A stretch of 64,000 bases of DNA from a virus: the IMG/VR virus record IMGVR_UViG_3300036791_001355, positions 1-64,000 of that record; one strand, written 5' to 3'. The notes under the pieces were generated by a model that searched no databases, was not told the origin of the DNA, and was given only the letters and a program-made list of their open reading frames with translations. The position numbers and the translations under genes are program-made. Numbering within the stretch: position 1 is the stretch's first letter; the number at the start of each line of letters is the position of its first letter. Below are positions 18,933-28,373 of the stretch, in pieces.

Positions 18933-20270
18933 TCAGAAGCCTTTGTTGTCGCCCAGCGCCATGGCCACGCCATAGGTGAAGCAGTCGAGCAGGTCATCGG
19001 CGCCTGAGTCCACGCCCACCCGATAGCCCACCACCTGGGCCAGCAGATGGTTCCGCGTCGTCGCCTTGTAGGTGATCACCCGGTCATAGGCGGGCTGGCT
19101 GATTTTCACCTTGCCCTGGTGCACGTAGCCGCTGACGTTGATGGCCCGCCCGTCCTTGCCCACCTTGGTCAGGTCGCTCTCGATAGGGTGCGCCCGCCAG
19201 CCGCGCCGCCGCGCCTGCTGCAGCAGGATAGTGCCGCTGTTCTTGTCCTCGATCCACGCCCCCAGGGCGCCCATGCGCGCCCGGCACTGCTTGGCCAGTT
19301 CCTCCATGCGCTGATAGATGCCCGGCAGCCACTGCTCCAGCAGGCTGCCCTCGATCTGCACAATGTCCCAGTCGAGGATGAGCAGCGGAATGCCGAAATG
19401 ACGTGACACGCCCCAGTAGATGACGGCGGTGCCGTCGTGCTCGCTGTGGTCCTTCACGGCGGTGTCGATGGTGACGAAGATGCCATCGCAGATGGCGGGG
19501 TAGGCGGGCGCCTTGTTGTCGACCAAGAGCGAGGTCTGGGCAAAGAAGGCCGCGCCCGACCAGTCGACGAACTTGGCCTCGTACTCCTGCTCGAACACCA
19601 GCGGGTGAGTGCGCGCGCGTAAGGCCTCGATCTCGTCCTGCGGCAAATAGGGGTTATTGGCCGAGGGCGCCCAGTACTCGACAAAGCCCCACTCCTCGGG
19701 CTCATTGCACAGGCGCCAGAAGAAGTTCTCGCTATCCAGCCCGTTGGTGTTGGAGGCGGCCAGCGCGGTGCCTTTGTAATCCAGCAGGGTCGGCTCGATG
19801 CTCTTGCGCCAGACATCGGTCATGAACGGCTTGCAGAAGGCCGCCTCGTCGACGATCACCTTGTGGTAGCGGCGGCTTCTGCCGGCGCGCTCGTTATCCA
19901 AGCTCCAGAAGTCAATCCTGCCCCCGGTCGTGGTGCGAATCACCCCGTCCATGCGGTTGGAGCGCAAGATGACCGGGCCGAGGCGCTCGACCACATCGGT
20001 GTAGGCCTCGGAGAGGAATTTATACTCCGGGGCAAACCAGCCGACGTACTCGCCGCGTATGGCGGCATCGCAGGCGATGGTCTCGCACAGCAGCGTCTTG
20101 CCCCAGCGCCGGCCGCAGCGGATCGCCTTGTGCCGCCCGGGCATGCGATAGGCCTTGAGTTGGTCGGCATGGAGCGTGGGCAGTTCCACCTCGACCTCGC
20201 GGGCACTGTCGGGGCCGCGCCTGGGCGGCAGGTGTACGCGCTGCTCACTCTGCGGGTGGGTCTGCTCCAT
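18933..20270 (-). CDS. terL: Terminase large subunit
   Basis: Walker A CGRRWGKT, Walker B VIVDEAAF, nuclease TIDTA...WIEDKNSG...DDLLDCFTYG. Confidence 0.92.
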   Translation of the reverse strand: MEQTHPQSEQRVHLPPRRGPDSAREVEVELPTLHADQLKAYRMPGRHKAIRCGRRWGKTLLCETIACDAAIRGEYVGWFAPEYKFLSEAYTDVVERLGPVILRSNRMDGVIRTTTGGRIDFWSLDNERAGRSRRYHKVIVDEAAFCKPFMTDVWRKSIEPTLLDYKGTALAASNTNGLDSENFFWRLCNEPEEWGFVEYWAPSANNPYLPQDEIEALRARTHPLVFEQEYEAKFVDWSGAAFFAQTSLLVDNKAPAYPAICDGIFVTIDTAVKDHSEHDGTAVIYWGVSRHFGIPLLILDWDIVQIEGSLLEQWLPGIYQRMEELAKQCRARMGALGAWIEDKNSGTILLQQARRRGWRAHPIESDLTKVGKDGRAINVSGYVHQGKVKISQPAYDRVITYKATTRNHLLAQVVGYRVGVDSGADDLLDCFTYGVAMALGDNKGF

Positions 20271-20802
20271 CCGGCTCCCTGTGGTCGCTCGAAGGCTCGC
20301 TCCCGTGGTCCTCGCCGTTGGGTTCCGGCTTGGCGTCGATCACCTGCGGCAGGCCGCCCCGGATCAGGATAGTGGTGCCGCCGCCGTTGGCGTAGGTCTC
20401 GTCATCCCGTGGCGGGCGCCACTCCGGGCCACCCTTGCAGAAGAGCCAGTATTTCTGCGCCGCCACGTTGCCGCCGAGGGCGGAGCGCACGACAGCGGTG
20501 GAGATGCGGGCCTTGACCTCATCGAAGGCGTTGGCGAGGTCGCGGTGATAGTGCCGTTCAAGGCTCTGCTCGGTGATGCCCATGACAAGAGCGATGATGC
20601 GGTTGGTATTGCCGTTGGCGCGGAGGACTTGAACGGCGCGACGCTGTTCGTCGGTAGGTTTGAACTTCTTGCGTCCAGCGTTTTTACGAGCCCCGCCTGA
20701 ATTAGCTCGTGGGCCACCGCGTCTCGATTTGGGTTTGGCAGGCGGGACGGGCTCGAACTCTGGCAGTACGGGTTGAATAGGCTCGTCGTCGCCGTCGGCC
20801 AT
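20245..20802 (-). CDS. terS: Terminase small subunit
   Basis: GGARKNAGRK, HTH (NRIIALVMGITEQSLERHY), GNVAAQKYWL; overlaps terL start. Confidence 0.75.
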   Translation of the reverse strand: MADGDDEPIQPVLPEFEPVPPAKPKSRRGGPRANSGGARKNAGRKKFKPTDEQRRAVQVLRANGNTNRIIALVMGITEQSLERHYHRDLANAFDEVKARISTAVVRSALGGNVAAQKYWLFCKGGPEWRPPRDDETYANGGGTTILIRGGLPQVIDAKPEPNGEDHGSEPSSDHREPDGADPPAE

Positions 20803-20887
20803 GGTGATTTGCCTTCAATAGCCACCGTATTTCACCAGTTATGAATGCCGCTCACCCCCGTAATCAGCAAGTTTCAGCAAGCGGTTT

Positions 20888-21076
20888 TTAGCGCGGCCAA
20901 TGGGTGAGGAGCCAGATGATGGCAGCGCCGAGGGCGAGGGTGGCGGCGGAGAGGCCGAGCATGGCGCCGGTCATGGTGCCGTTTCCCTGGTCGAAATAGG
21001 TCATGACGAAGAGCAGCAGGATGATGAGCAGGATGATGGCCAGGGAGCCCCATCCTGCGGCATCCAGGCCGCTCAG
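20888..21076 (-). CDS. Small two-TM membrane protein (not in ORF track; apparent CTG start overlapping MTase stop)
   Basis: (L)[61 protein letters not shown]. Confidence 0.4.
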   Translation of the reverse strand: MSGLDAAGWGSLAIILLIILLLFVMTYFDQGNGTMTGAMLGLSAATLALGAAIIWLLTHWPR

Positions 21077-22629
21077 GGGTGTGGGCCTGTGGCGACATAG
21101 GCGAACAGCGGGAGGTCGTCCTCGACGCGCTGCTTGGCCATGGCGCAGTAGGTGGGGTTGAGGTCGATGCCGATGGCGTGGCGCTGGAGTCTATCGGCGG
21201 CGAGGAGGGTGGTACCGGCGCCTGAGAAGCAATCTAAAACTACACAGGGAACCGGAGCAGGAGTTGTCCACTCCATGCGTGATCCACAGTGTGGGCATTG
21301 CCGCGCATCGGAAACGTCCTCTGACAATGAGGGCAGGTCACAATGTAGACGGGCCTCTTTGCCCCGTCGTGCTGTCTCTTTTCCATCAGTTCCAGATTGC
21401 TGAGGCGATTGTCGAGCCTGTTGCCATTCTTGTGGTGGACCACCTCGGCCGAGGTCAGAAGCCTGCCCAGCTTCTTCTCCATAACCAGCCGATGCTCCAT
21501 CACGTAGCCATCGCCCGTTGCATTCGGATGGCCCTTCCGAAGAAGCATCCGGTAACCCTTTGAGGTTACTGTCCACCCCTTCGTTGTGGAGCGATTGGCC
21601 GCTGTCCACCTTTGAGCACAAAGCCTCGAACAGCATTTCTGCCTGCTGGCCACTGGCTGAAACAGGATCGCGCATTGGCTGCATTTGATCGGCTGAAGAA
21701 TGCGTCGTCCTGGCATCCTTATGGTCTAGCACGGCCTCACATTTGACACACCGGTATTCATGGCATGGGCAGGCGGGTGTCCAGCCGGTGGTGAGGCGTT
21801 GTATGGGCTCGTTGTAGGCGTTGCCTGCGGTGCCGCGTGAGTGCCGTGCCTCTTGCTTTGGTCCCATCCAGTGATCGTGGCGGCGGTAGGTGATTTCGCT
21901 CTGGCGTATCCATGGGGCACCGCACTGGGCACAGCAGCCGTGCTCGGAGGTTCCGGCCTTGATGCATCGCTCGGCCAGTTCGGGCGGCATGGTGGCGAAG
22001 TGAGCGGCGCTATAGGAGGTGGTGGCGATGGTCCACACGTTGCGGGCGTTGGCGCCCAGAGGATTGAGGGTGACCATGGCGTCCTTGCCGCCCAGGGCGA
22101 TGCGGGCGCCGCGCTCGCCGGTCATGGTGTGGCTGAAGCCGTTCACCGGGGAGCGGGCGCGCTCGATGCTATTGGCTTGGTGCGGCTCGCGGATGGCGTC
22201 GGCGTCGTAGAAATATCTGGGCTGTTTGGTGAGCAGGAAGATGTGCTCGTGGGCTGAGGTCGGGCGGTCGGTGATGGATTCCGGCATGGGATTCGGTTTG
22301 CACCAGATGATGTCCGAGCGCAGGTACCACCCGTCCGCTTGGAGCGCGAGGGCGACGCGGGCGGGCATTAGCTGCAGCTGCTTGTTGGTGTGGCCGTCGC
22401 CCAGGTTCAGCCACAAGGTGCCATCGGGGCGGAGAATGCGGCGCACCTCGCGGAAGACCGCGACCAGGGTGGTGATATAGGCCTCTGGCGTAGCTTCCAA
22501 GCCGATCTGGGCGGCCATGCCATAGTTCCTGTGCCCGTAGTAAGGGGGGCTGGTGACACAGCTGTGGACGCTGCTTGCGGGCAGGGTGGGCAGGATGGTG
22601 CGGCAGTCGCCTTGCAGCAGGCGATTCAC
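21073..22629 (-). CDS. DNA N4/N6 methyltransferase (beta class) with a large in-frame insertion
   Basis: [46 protein letters not shown]; start probably GTG 22629 (track gives 22740). Confidence 0.88.
   Translation of the reverse strand: MNRLLQGDCRTILPTLPASSVHSCVTSPPYYGHRNYGMAAQIGLEATPEAYITTLVAVFREVRRILRPDGTLWLNLGDGHTNKQLQLMPARVALALQADGWYLRSDIIWCKPNPMPESITDRPTSAHEHIFLLTKQPRYFYDADAIREPHQANSIERARSPVNGFSHTMTGERGARIALGGKDAMVTLNPLGANARNVWTIATTSYSAAHFATMPPELAERCIKAGTSEHGCCAQCGAPWIRQSEITYRRHDHWMGPKQEARHSRGTAGNAYNEPIQRLTTGWTPACPCHEYRCVKCEAVLDHKDARTTHSSADQMQPMRDPVSASGQQAEMLFEALCSKVDSGQSLHNEGVDSNLKGLPDASSEGPSECNGRWLRDGASAGYGEEAGQASDLGRGGPPQEWQQARQSPQQSGTDGKETARRGKEARLHCDLPSLSEDVSDARQCPHCGSRMEWTTPAPVPCVVLDCFSGAGTTLLAADRLQRHAIGIDLNPTYCAMAKQRVEDDLPLFAYVATGPHP
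21240..21716 (-). CDS. HNH homing endonuclease nested in the +1 frame of the methyltransferase gene
   Basis: CSQC..F....CCSRLC zinc finger; [18 protein letters not shown]...[20 protein letters not shown]; C-terminal CPHC. Confidence 0.88.
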   Translation of the reverse strand: MPGRRILQPIKCSQCAILFQPVASRQKCCSRLCAQRWTAANRSTTKGWTVTSKGYRMLLRKGHPNATGDGYVMEHRLVMEKKLGRLLTSAEVVHHKNGNRLDNRLSNLELMEKRQHDGAKRPVYIVTCPHCQRTFPMRGNAHTVDHAWSGQLLLRFPV

Positions 22630-22685
22630 AGGAGCGAGATTTCGAGCGACCCTCGCTGCGAGAGCGAGGCTTCGAGCAACCCCAC

Positions 22686-22943
22686 CTACGCGACCTGACG
22701 GGTGACGCGCCCCGGTGGGTTGTCGATCAGGCTCAGCCACTGAGAGACGGCGGGCGTGCCGTGCAGGCGGTCAAGGCCGCGCAGCCAGGAGGCCAGGGCA
22801 GCGTCGATGGGTTCACGGCCGCGCAGCTGCTTGCGGGTGAAGCTGTCGTCGCGCTGCGCCATTTGCCACAATAACGTCTGGGACCAGCCGAGACGGGTGA
22901 GGATGGCGCGGGCTTCGTCGGGGGTCATGATCATGGGGGTCAT
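22686..22943 (-). CDS. Small HTH-like protein
   Basis: MTPDEARAILTRLGWSQTLL...GREPIDAALASWL. Confidence 0.5.
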   Translation of the reverse strand: MTPMIMTPDEARAILTRLGWSQTLLWQMAQRDDSFTRKQLRGREPIDAALASWLRGLDRLHGTPAVSQWLSLIDNPPGRVTRQVA

Positions 22944-23004
22944 GGCGTGATCCCATAGCATCGGGAGAGGCATTCCTGCCCCTCCTTTTGCTCTCTCTGG
23001 CGGT

Positions 23005-24141
23005 TCAGGCTGCCAGTCCGGGTGCGAAGCTTTGAGCACCCCTCAGCGGGTCGCCCTTGTGGGTGGCGATGGCCTGCCACTCGTGCGGGGACAACTCGAT
23101 GATCTGGCCACCCATCTTCTCGAACTCCGACGCCCGGTCGTAGGCGGGGAGGTCTTCGGCGGTGCGGGTGATGGCGTTGAACAAGCCATAGCGGGTCAGG
23201 CTGGCGCCCTCGATGAGGTGGCGCAGGACGCTGGAGCGCTCGCCGTCGTTCATGCCGAACCGCTTGGCCGTGAACTCGACCACCTTGACCGGGTCCGCCT
23301 CGATCTTCTCGGCCACGGTGCCGGTGATCTGGTCGATGCGGGCGGCGAAGCGAGCCTCGTCGAAAGCCCCCTTCACGACGTCGCGTACCTGCGACCAGAT
23401 GGCCGCGTCGGTCAGCCTCTTGGTCTCGTCGGACAGCAACTCCATGATGCTATCGGTGGACACCAGTTCGTGGCGGGCACCGACGTGACGGCGCTTCATG
23501 CCCTCGTTGGCAAACACGGCCAAGTTCGTGCAGGCCCGCGTCCACACCCCGGTTTCGACCGAGAGGCTGCCGGCACCGACTTCCGAGTTGGAGATGACGA
23601 TGGCGGGCACGCAGGTGTCGAAGATGGTGTGGCTGCCGTCACCCATGCGGCCGCCCTTGGGGATATCGCGGTTGATGCGGTGGTCGCACGCCTTGAGGTA
23701 GAGCTTGCGCTCGGTAATCTCGCAACTGATGACCTCCAGCTGGCAATCAGCCAGCACGGGCAGGATGGCCTCGGCGAGGTCCAAGTTTTCCAACGGCCGG
23801 TACTTGTCGGAGAGGAAAGCGCGGGTGACGCCGTCCATGGTGCGGACGAGGCGCTTGTCGTCAGTCTTGAGCCACGTATTGACGTTGTGGGCCAGCAGGT
23901 CCGGGTTGGTGGTGCGGCAGCGGTCGTAGTACTTGGTCGGGATGCCGGTGTAGACACCGATCTGGTCGTGGGCGATCTCATTGATGCCGAAGATGTTGGC
24001 GGAGCCGCCTACCATGAGGCGAGGCTCCTGACCCCACACGCCCATCTCGATGGCGGTGGCGGGGGCGACGAGGTCACGCTTGGCGTTGGCCTGCCGCTCG
24101 ATTTCGGCGGCGAGTTCGGAAATAGAGCGTCCGACTTTCAT
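23005..24141 (-). CDS. DUF932 domain protein
   Basis: RAFLSDKYRPLEN...ISNSEVGAGSL...RACTNLA..RRHVG...TRYGLFNAITR. Confidence 0.8.
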   Translation of the reverse strand: MKVGRSISELAAEIERQANAKRDLVAPATAIEMGVWGQEPRLMVGGSANIFGINEIAHDQIGVYTGIPTKYYDRCRTTNPDLLAHNVNTWLKTDDKRLVRTMDGVTRAFLSDKYRPLENLDLAEAILPVLADCQLEVISCEITERKLYLKACDHRINRDIPKGGRMGDGSHTIFDTCVPAIVISNSEVGAGSLSVETGVWTRACTNLAVFANEGMKRRHVGARHELVSTDSIMELLSDETKRLTDAAIWSQVRDVVKGAFDEARFAARIDQITGTVAEKIEADPVKVVEFTAKRFGMNDGERSSVLRHLIEGASLTRYGLFNAITRTAEDLPAYDRASEFEKMGGQIIELSPHEWQAIATHKGDPLRGAQSFAPGLAA

Positions 24142-24341
24142 AGGGATACCCCTTTCTGGGTAAGCGCTGGGGCGGGATTGCCCTCTGGCCGGTCCCTGTG
24201 TAGCCGGTATGGTGTGGCGATGCAAGTGGAATATTTGCGCGTTTAGGCAAGTTTTTTCTTGCCTCCTCGGGCGGGCTCCTTTAGATATGGCGTTGCCGCC
24301 AGGGATGGTCCCGGCGGGCTTCAGACAGGGGTTTCCCGATG
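24142..24341. promoter_or_regulatory. Divergent pair of repeated early promoter/leader cassettes
   Basis: Minus: GCAAATATTCCACTTGCA...AGGGGTATCCCTATG; plus: CTTGCC..TAGATA..GCCGCCAGGG..AGGGGTTTCCCGATG; homologous to 25452, 26761, 28751. Confidence 0.6.
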
Positions 24342-24533
24342 GCCTCCTCAGCCGCTCACATCCAAGCCTGCCAAGCCACTCTCGCCCGCATCCTCGCGCT
24401 GCGCCCCGCGCTGCACCGCATCAGCGACCGCAAGATGAACCAGCTGGTCGCCATGATTGACCGCGTGGTGCGCGACGCCACCGCCGCCGGCTGGTCGCAG
24501 GACCGCATCGTCAACTACCTCGACAACCTGTGA
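24339..24533 (+). CDS. Hypothetical early protein
   Basis: First ORF behind promoter cassette. Confidence 0.6.
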   Translation: MASSAAHIQACQATLARILALRPALHRISDRKMNQLVAMIDRVVRDATAAGWSQDRIVNYLDNL

Positions 24534-24549
24534 GGGGGAGGGCTAAGCC

Positions 24550-24813
24550 ATGAATGCTTTCGATCTTCGCGGCGGCTACACGCAGGAGCAGCTTGACGCT
24601 GCCTTCACCCTGGTGGCGCCGAGCGACAACTGGAAGCTGCCCGTCAACACCTTCCTGCCGGGCGATCTCAGCGTGCCTGAACTGGCCCTGCTGACCTTCG
24701 CGGTGCCGTTCTACACCGGCAGCGTGCCGACCCTGACCCGCTGCCGCGATGCCTGGGGCGTACTGGGCTGGCGGGTCACGGCGGACGGCTACTACGCCAC
24801 CGTGGGGGCCTGA
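24550..24813 (+). CDS. Hypothetical early protein
   Basis: GGAGG SD; NWKLPV...FYTGS...ADGYYA. Confidence 0.65.
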   Translation: MNAFDLRGGYTQEQLDAAFTLVAPSDNWKLPVNTFLPGDLSVPELALLTFAVPFYTGSVPTLTRCRDAWGVLGWRVTADGYYATVGA

Positions 24814-24815
24814 CC

Positions 24816-25064
24816 ATGGGCCTCCCCCCGATGACCCGCGAGGAAGCCTACGGCGTCGAGATCACCACCGTGAACGGCGAGGTCGCGGTGCTGCCGCACA
24901 CCATGCACGTGAAGCAGCAGCACGCGCTGGTGGCGCTGACCAATCTGCGCTGGGGCTACCGGCACGCGCCGCCCACGCACTGGTGGCATCAGGTCAAGCA
25001 CGCCCGCGTGGTGCGGGTGCAACTGTCGTGGCACATCAAGGAGAGCAGCAATGTCGCTGAGTGA
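24816..25064 (+). CDS. Hypothetical early protein
   Basis: Tight packing. Confidence 0.5.
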   Translation: MGLPPMTREEAYGVEITTVNGEVAVLPHTMHVKQQHALVALTNLRWGYRHAPPTHWWHQVKHARVVRVQLSWHIKESSNVAE

Positions 25065-25278
25065 GCATTTTCGCCGGGACAATACCGAGGGCTATGACGC
25101 GGCCGATCTGGCGGCGCTGAACGCGGCCTGGACGCGCATCACCGCACATGGCGCACCGGGTGAGGACGAGGACGACATCGGCGTACGGTCGATGCTCAAC
25201 CACTGGGGCGAGCAGCTGCTGGCCGCGTATGATGCCGGGCGGCGCGGTGATGACCTCGTGGCATGGTTCTATCAATGA
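25051..25278 (+). CDS. Hypothetical early protein
   Basis: AGGAG SD; F.RDNTEGY.AADLAALN. Confidence 0.6.
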   Translation: MSLSEHFRRDNTEGYDAADLAALNAAWTRITAHGAPGEDEDDIGVRSMLNHWGEQLLAAYDAGRRGDDLVAWFYQ

Positions 25279-25445
25279 CCCGCCGCATCATCCAGATCGC
25301 CGTCTCGCCGGGCCGCCATGGCGAACCGGACACCTTGTACGCGCTGACCGATATGAGCGAGGTGTGGGAACTCAGCGGCGGCCATTGGTCGCGCCTGGAG
25401 CCGCTGCCGCCGGACGAGCGATGGCCGCATGGCAACCCTGCCTAA
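25275..25445 (+). CDS. Hypothetical early protein
   Basis: ATGA coupling; RRIIQIA...LYALTD...VW...W..L.PLP. Confidence 0.55.
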   Translation: MTRRIIQIAVSPGRHGEPDTLYALTDMSEVWELSGGHWSRLEPLPPDERWPHGNPA

Positions 25446-25451
25446 ATGCGT

Positions 25452-25558
25452 GCCTAAATACGCAAATATTCCGCTTGCATTGTCAGCGCCGCCGGGCTAG
25501 AAAGCCTCTGCCGCCAGGGACTGGCCCGGCGGCTTATCAGATCGGGTTTAACCCAATG
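25452..25558 (+). promoter_or_regulatory. Repeated early promoter/leader cassette
   Basis: GCAAATATTCCGCTTGCA-N-GGCTAGAAA-GCCGCCAGGGA...GGGTTTAACCCAATG. Confidence 0.6.
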
Positions 25559-25771
25559 GCTCGCGTAACCTCCCGCACATGGATGCGAGTGATGGCCGGA
25601 CTCTATCGCTACGGCGACTGGACCATCGGCCGGAACGAGGACAGCAACCCTGGCTACTACTGGTCGATCCACCATCCCGACCGGGGCGAGTTCTACGCCC
25701 ACACGCTGAAGGAGGCGAAGGCTGCTGCCCTGCGTGCCGACCGTGAGTGGCAGCATTCGGTGGAGGGCTGA
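25556..25771 (+). CDS. Hypothetical early protein
   Basis: MARVTSRTW...TLKEAKAAA. Confidence 0.6.
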   Translation: MARVTSRTWMRVMAGLYRYGDWTIGRNEDSNPGYYWSIHHPDRGEFYAHTLKEAKAAALRADREWQHSVEG

Positions 25772-25774
25772 GCC

Positions 25775-26008
25775 ATGACAAACTATCTCACCGCCAGCAC
25801 CGCCGGCTGGTATTGGCTGACCTACCGCACCGCCGATGGCGCCCCCGGCTATACTTGGCCCCACCCTGACGGCCGCTTTTGCTTCTACTGGGAGCCGTCC
25901 TGGCAAGCCTGGAGCGAGACGCGCAAGCGCGACTCGTACGTCTTGCTGCACCCCAACAATGGCTGGCGTCTCGAAGGGCCGGCCCAGGAGGAGGACGCGG
26001 CGCCATGA
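25775..26008 (+). CDS. Hypothetical Trp-rich protein
   Basis: GGAGG SD. Confidence 0.5.
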   Translation: MTNYLTASTAGWYWLTYRTADGAPGYTWPHPDGRFCFYWEPSWQAWSETRKRDSYVLLHPNNGWRLEGPAQEEDAAP

Positions 26009-26253
26009 CGACCCCCACCTATCGCGTCTGGTGCGTGGTCAGCGGCGGCGTCACCGGCACCCGGCAGGCGTGGCTGAAGGACGGCGACGGGCTGGTCCGC
26101 GAATGGACCGACCGGGCCGAGGCCGAAAGGCAAGCCAACGTGCTGACGCGGCGAATGAACTATCATCCGCTCGCCAAGGCGACGTTTCAGTATCTGGTCC
26201 GGAAATCGCCCGACTACAGCATGCTGTCCGACAAACCAAGCTGGGAGAACTGA
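26005..26253 (+). CDS. Hypothetical early protein
   Basis: ATGA coupling; VWCVVSGGVTGTRQAWLK. Confidence 0.6.
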   Translation: MTTPTYRVWCVVSGGVTGTRQAWLKDGDGLVREWTDRAEAERQANVLTRRMNYHPLAKATFQYLVRKSPDYSMLSDKPSWEN

Positions 26254-26257
26254 GCCG

Positions 26258-26356
26258 ATGGACCCGCTCGGCCTCGCCCTCGGCCTGCTGCTGCTCGTTC
26301 TCGTGGCGCTGATTCTGACCGCTAACCCCAATCAACGAGGACACTCAATACCATGA
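26258..26356 (+). CDS. Micro membrane protein (32 aa)
   Basis: MDPLGLALGLLLLVLVALIL...; stop overlaps next ATG. Confidence 0.35.
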   Translation: MDPLGLALGLLLLVLVALILTANPNQRGHSIP

Positions 26357-26760
26357 TGATCAACGTACGAGCCCTTGGCGTCACTGTCGTATTGCTTGGC
26401 GGCGCATGGGCTGCGAGCGTCGCCTCGCACAGTCCCCCAGCCAGCAATCTGCCGGTATTCGGAGCCAGCGATATTGCTGCCATCATCGAAGCAAGCCAGA
26501 GACAGGAACCGCTTTTCAACCGCGACTACAAAAACCGGGCCTTCTCGGCCTCTGGTCTCGTGAAGGAAATCACTTCGGATCTGGGCGGCGGCTACATGGT
26601 CTCCGTAGACGTTCGTGGCAGCACCGTCCTTTGTTCGCTCGACGGCACGAGGTACGATCTCGCGAGCCTCGCCCTCAATAGCCGGGTCAGCATCACCGGC
26701 ACGATTCGCTTCACGGTCTTGGGCCATTTGTCCATCAGCGAATGCAACATGCGTGCGTAA
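26353..26760 (+). CDS. Secreted/membrane OB-fold (tRNA_anti-like) protein
   Basis: N-terminal hydrophobic segment; YKNR.F..SGLVKEI...V.C...L..NSRVSITG.I...L..C; lower GC. Confidence 0.55.
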   Translation: MMINVRALGVTVVLLGGAWAASVASHSPPASNLPVFGASDIAAIIEASQRQEPLFNRDYKNRAFSASGLVKEITSDLGGGYMVSVDVRGSTVLCSLDGTRYDLASLALNSRVSITGTIRFTVLGHLSISECNMRA

Positions 26761-26864
26761 AAAGGCAAATATTTCACTTGCCCTGGCATCGCCACTAGGC
26801 TAGAAACTACCTGCCGCCAGGGAATCCTCCCGGTGGCGAACATCAGACTGGGGACACCCCGATG
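26761..26864 (+). promoter_or_regulatory. Repeated early promoter/leader cassette
   Basis: GGCAAATATTTCACTTGCC...GGCTAGAAA..GCCGCCAGGGA...GGGGACACCCCGATG. Confidence 0.6.
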
Positions 26865-27065
26865 AGCTTTTCCCTCCACGCCGAAGCCAAGGCCCTCGCC
26901 GCCCGCGTCCGTGCCCTGGCCAACCAGCGCGACGCCGACTTCATCCAGAGCGCCGATCCCCGCGCCTTGCAGGGCGGCGCCATCAGCTGGGACGCCCACG
27001 AAATCCACGAAATTGCCGATCAGCTGCTCGACGTCGCCCTCCAGCTTGAGAACGTGGAGGGCTGA
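26862..27065 (+). CDS. Hypothetical early protein
   Basis: First ORF behind cassette. Confidence 0.55.
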   Translation: MSFSLHAEAKALAARVRALANQRDADFIQSADPRALQGGAISWDAHEIHEIADQLLDVALQLENVEG

Positions 27066-27068
27066 GCC

Positions 27069-27290
27069 GTGACCACCGCCTTCGTCCTCATCGCCCTGAT
27101 TTTCGTCATTCTCGCTGTCTTCAGCGTCCTTTCGTCCCTCGGCAGGGAGGGCTGAGCGGTGCACTTCCTTTTCACCGTGGCCTGGATCATCGGCGGCTTC
27201 GCCCTGTCCGTGCTGCTCGCCTTCGGCCTGTCGGCCTCCGCCATCGTCGCGCACGCTGTCATCGCGCGGCACCGGAGGAGCACGCCATGA
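27069..27290 (+). CDS. Two consecutive micro membrane proteins (27069-27155, 28 aa; 27159-27290, 43 aa)
   Basis: GTG starts with GGAGG SD; VTTAFVLIALIFVILAVFSVL; VHFLFTVAWIIGGFALSVLLAFGL. Confidence 0.45.
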
Positions 27291-27451
27291 CCTTCATGGA
27301 GTTCTGGCGTGCCCTCAACCTCGCACTCACCGCCCGTGGCGAGCCCGAGGCGCTGTGGAGCGAAGCCCGCGAGTGGTACGCGTGGCGCCCGGTCAAGCTC
27401 GTCGATACCCGCCTCGTCAACCGCGTCATCAACGCGCGGCGGCCGCTGTGA
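27287..27451 (+). CDS. Hypothetical protein (54 aa)
   Basis: GGAGGAG SD, ATGA coupling; MTFMEFWRALN. Confidence 0.5.
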   Translation: MTFMEFWRALNLALTARGEPEALWSEAREWYAWRPVKLVDTRLVNRVINARRPL

Positions 27452-27492
27452 CCGGCACCCCCCGCCTGCGCTGCTGGGACGGCAAGACCCAG

Positions 27493-27969
27493 ATGGCCTG
27501 GGTCTACGACGACGGCGGCCGGGCTGCCGCCGGCTTCAAGGGCCGCTCCGCCGACTGCGTCGCGCGTGCCATCGCCATTGCCACCGGCACGCCCTATCGC
27601 GCGGTCTACGACGCCCTCAACGCGCTGGCCCAGCGTGAGCGACCGAGGCAAGGCAAGGCCCGTTCAGCGGCCCGCACGGGCGTCCGCAAGACCATCTACC
27701 GGCCCTACCTCGAAGCGCTGGGCTGGCGCTGGGTGCCGACCATGCGGCTGGGCCGGGGCGCCACCGTGCATCTGTGCGAGGAGGAACTACCGACCGGCCG
27801 CCTGATCGTCAGCGTCAGCCGTCACCTGACGGCGGTGATCGACCACGTCGTGCACGACAGCCACGACCCCCAGCGGGCTGGCGTCGAGACCGTCAACGGC
27901 AGCGACCGCATCATCCGCCGCTGCGTCTACGGCTACTTCACCAAATCGGCGACGCGAGTCGCATCTTAG
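27493..27969 (+). CDS. Conserved phage protein with papain/C39-like Cys-His-Asp pattern
   Basis: DGGR..AGFKG...DCVARAIAIATG.PY...RHLTAVID.VVHD..D...RCVYGYF. Confidence 0.6.
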   Translation: MAWVYDDGGRAAAGFKGRSADCVARAIAIATGTPYRAVYDALNALAQRERPRQGKARSAARTGVRKTIYRPYLEALGWRWVPTMRLGRGATVHLCEEELPTGRLIVSVSRHLTAVIDHVVHDSHDPQRAGVETVNGSDRIIRRCVYGYFTKSATRVAS

Positions 27970-27980
27970 GGAGGACCGCC

Positions 27981-28373
27981 ATGTGGATCTGTCTGTCTGA
28001 CGCCTTCCTGTCCGTGGTGCAGCATCCCCAGTCGCCCCGGCGGCTGATGGTGCGGGCACGGGCACGGGGCGACATCACCCGGGTGTTTCCGCAGGCGCGG
28101 GTGCACCATACGCCGCAGCGCGACTATCCGTGGCGGGCCTACCTGTCGCGGCAGGCGGTGGCCGACGCCGTGGCCCGCGAGGTGCGCGACATCGACTACA
28201 CCAACTTCAAGGACTCGGTGCCCGAGGACGCCCGCCACGACGCCTATACGGCCGTGTGGGTGACCATGCTGGACTGGTCGCACGGACGCTTCCGCCGCCG
28301 TCCAGCGCCCGCCTGGGAGCCGCTGGAGCAACCCTGGGCCGATGAACCGCCGTGTCTGTGGGGCAAGCCATGA
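27981..28373 (+). CDS. Conserved hypothetical phage protein
   Basis: MWICLSDAFLSVV...LMVRAR...DY.WRA...IDYTNFKDSV. Confidence 0.65.
   Translation: MWICLSDAFLSVVQHPQSPRRLMVRARARGDITRVFPQARVHHTPQRDYPWRAYLSRQAVADAVAREVRDIDYTNFKDSVPEDARHDAYTAVWVTMLDWSHGRFRRRPAPAWEPLEQPWADEPPCLWGKP

Noticed and set aside
20888-21076. Holin/lysis cassette
   Set aside because: Two-TM ORF is suggestive, but no endolysin or spanin is recognisable nearby and the start codon is non-canonical
21240-21760. Intein or group I intron in the methyltransferase
   Set aside because: No Hint motifs (C1, TxxH, HN-C/S/T), and the HNH ORF fills the insert, leaving no room for a ribozyme core
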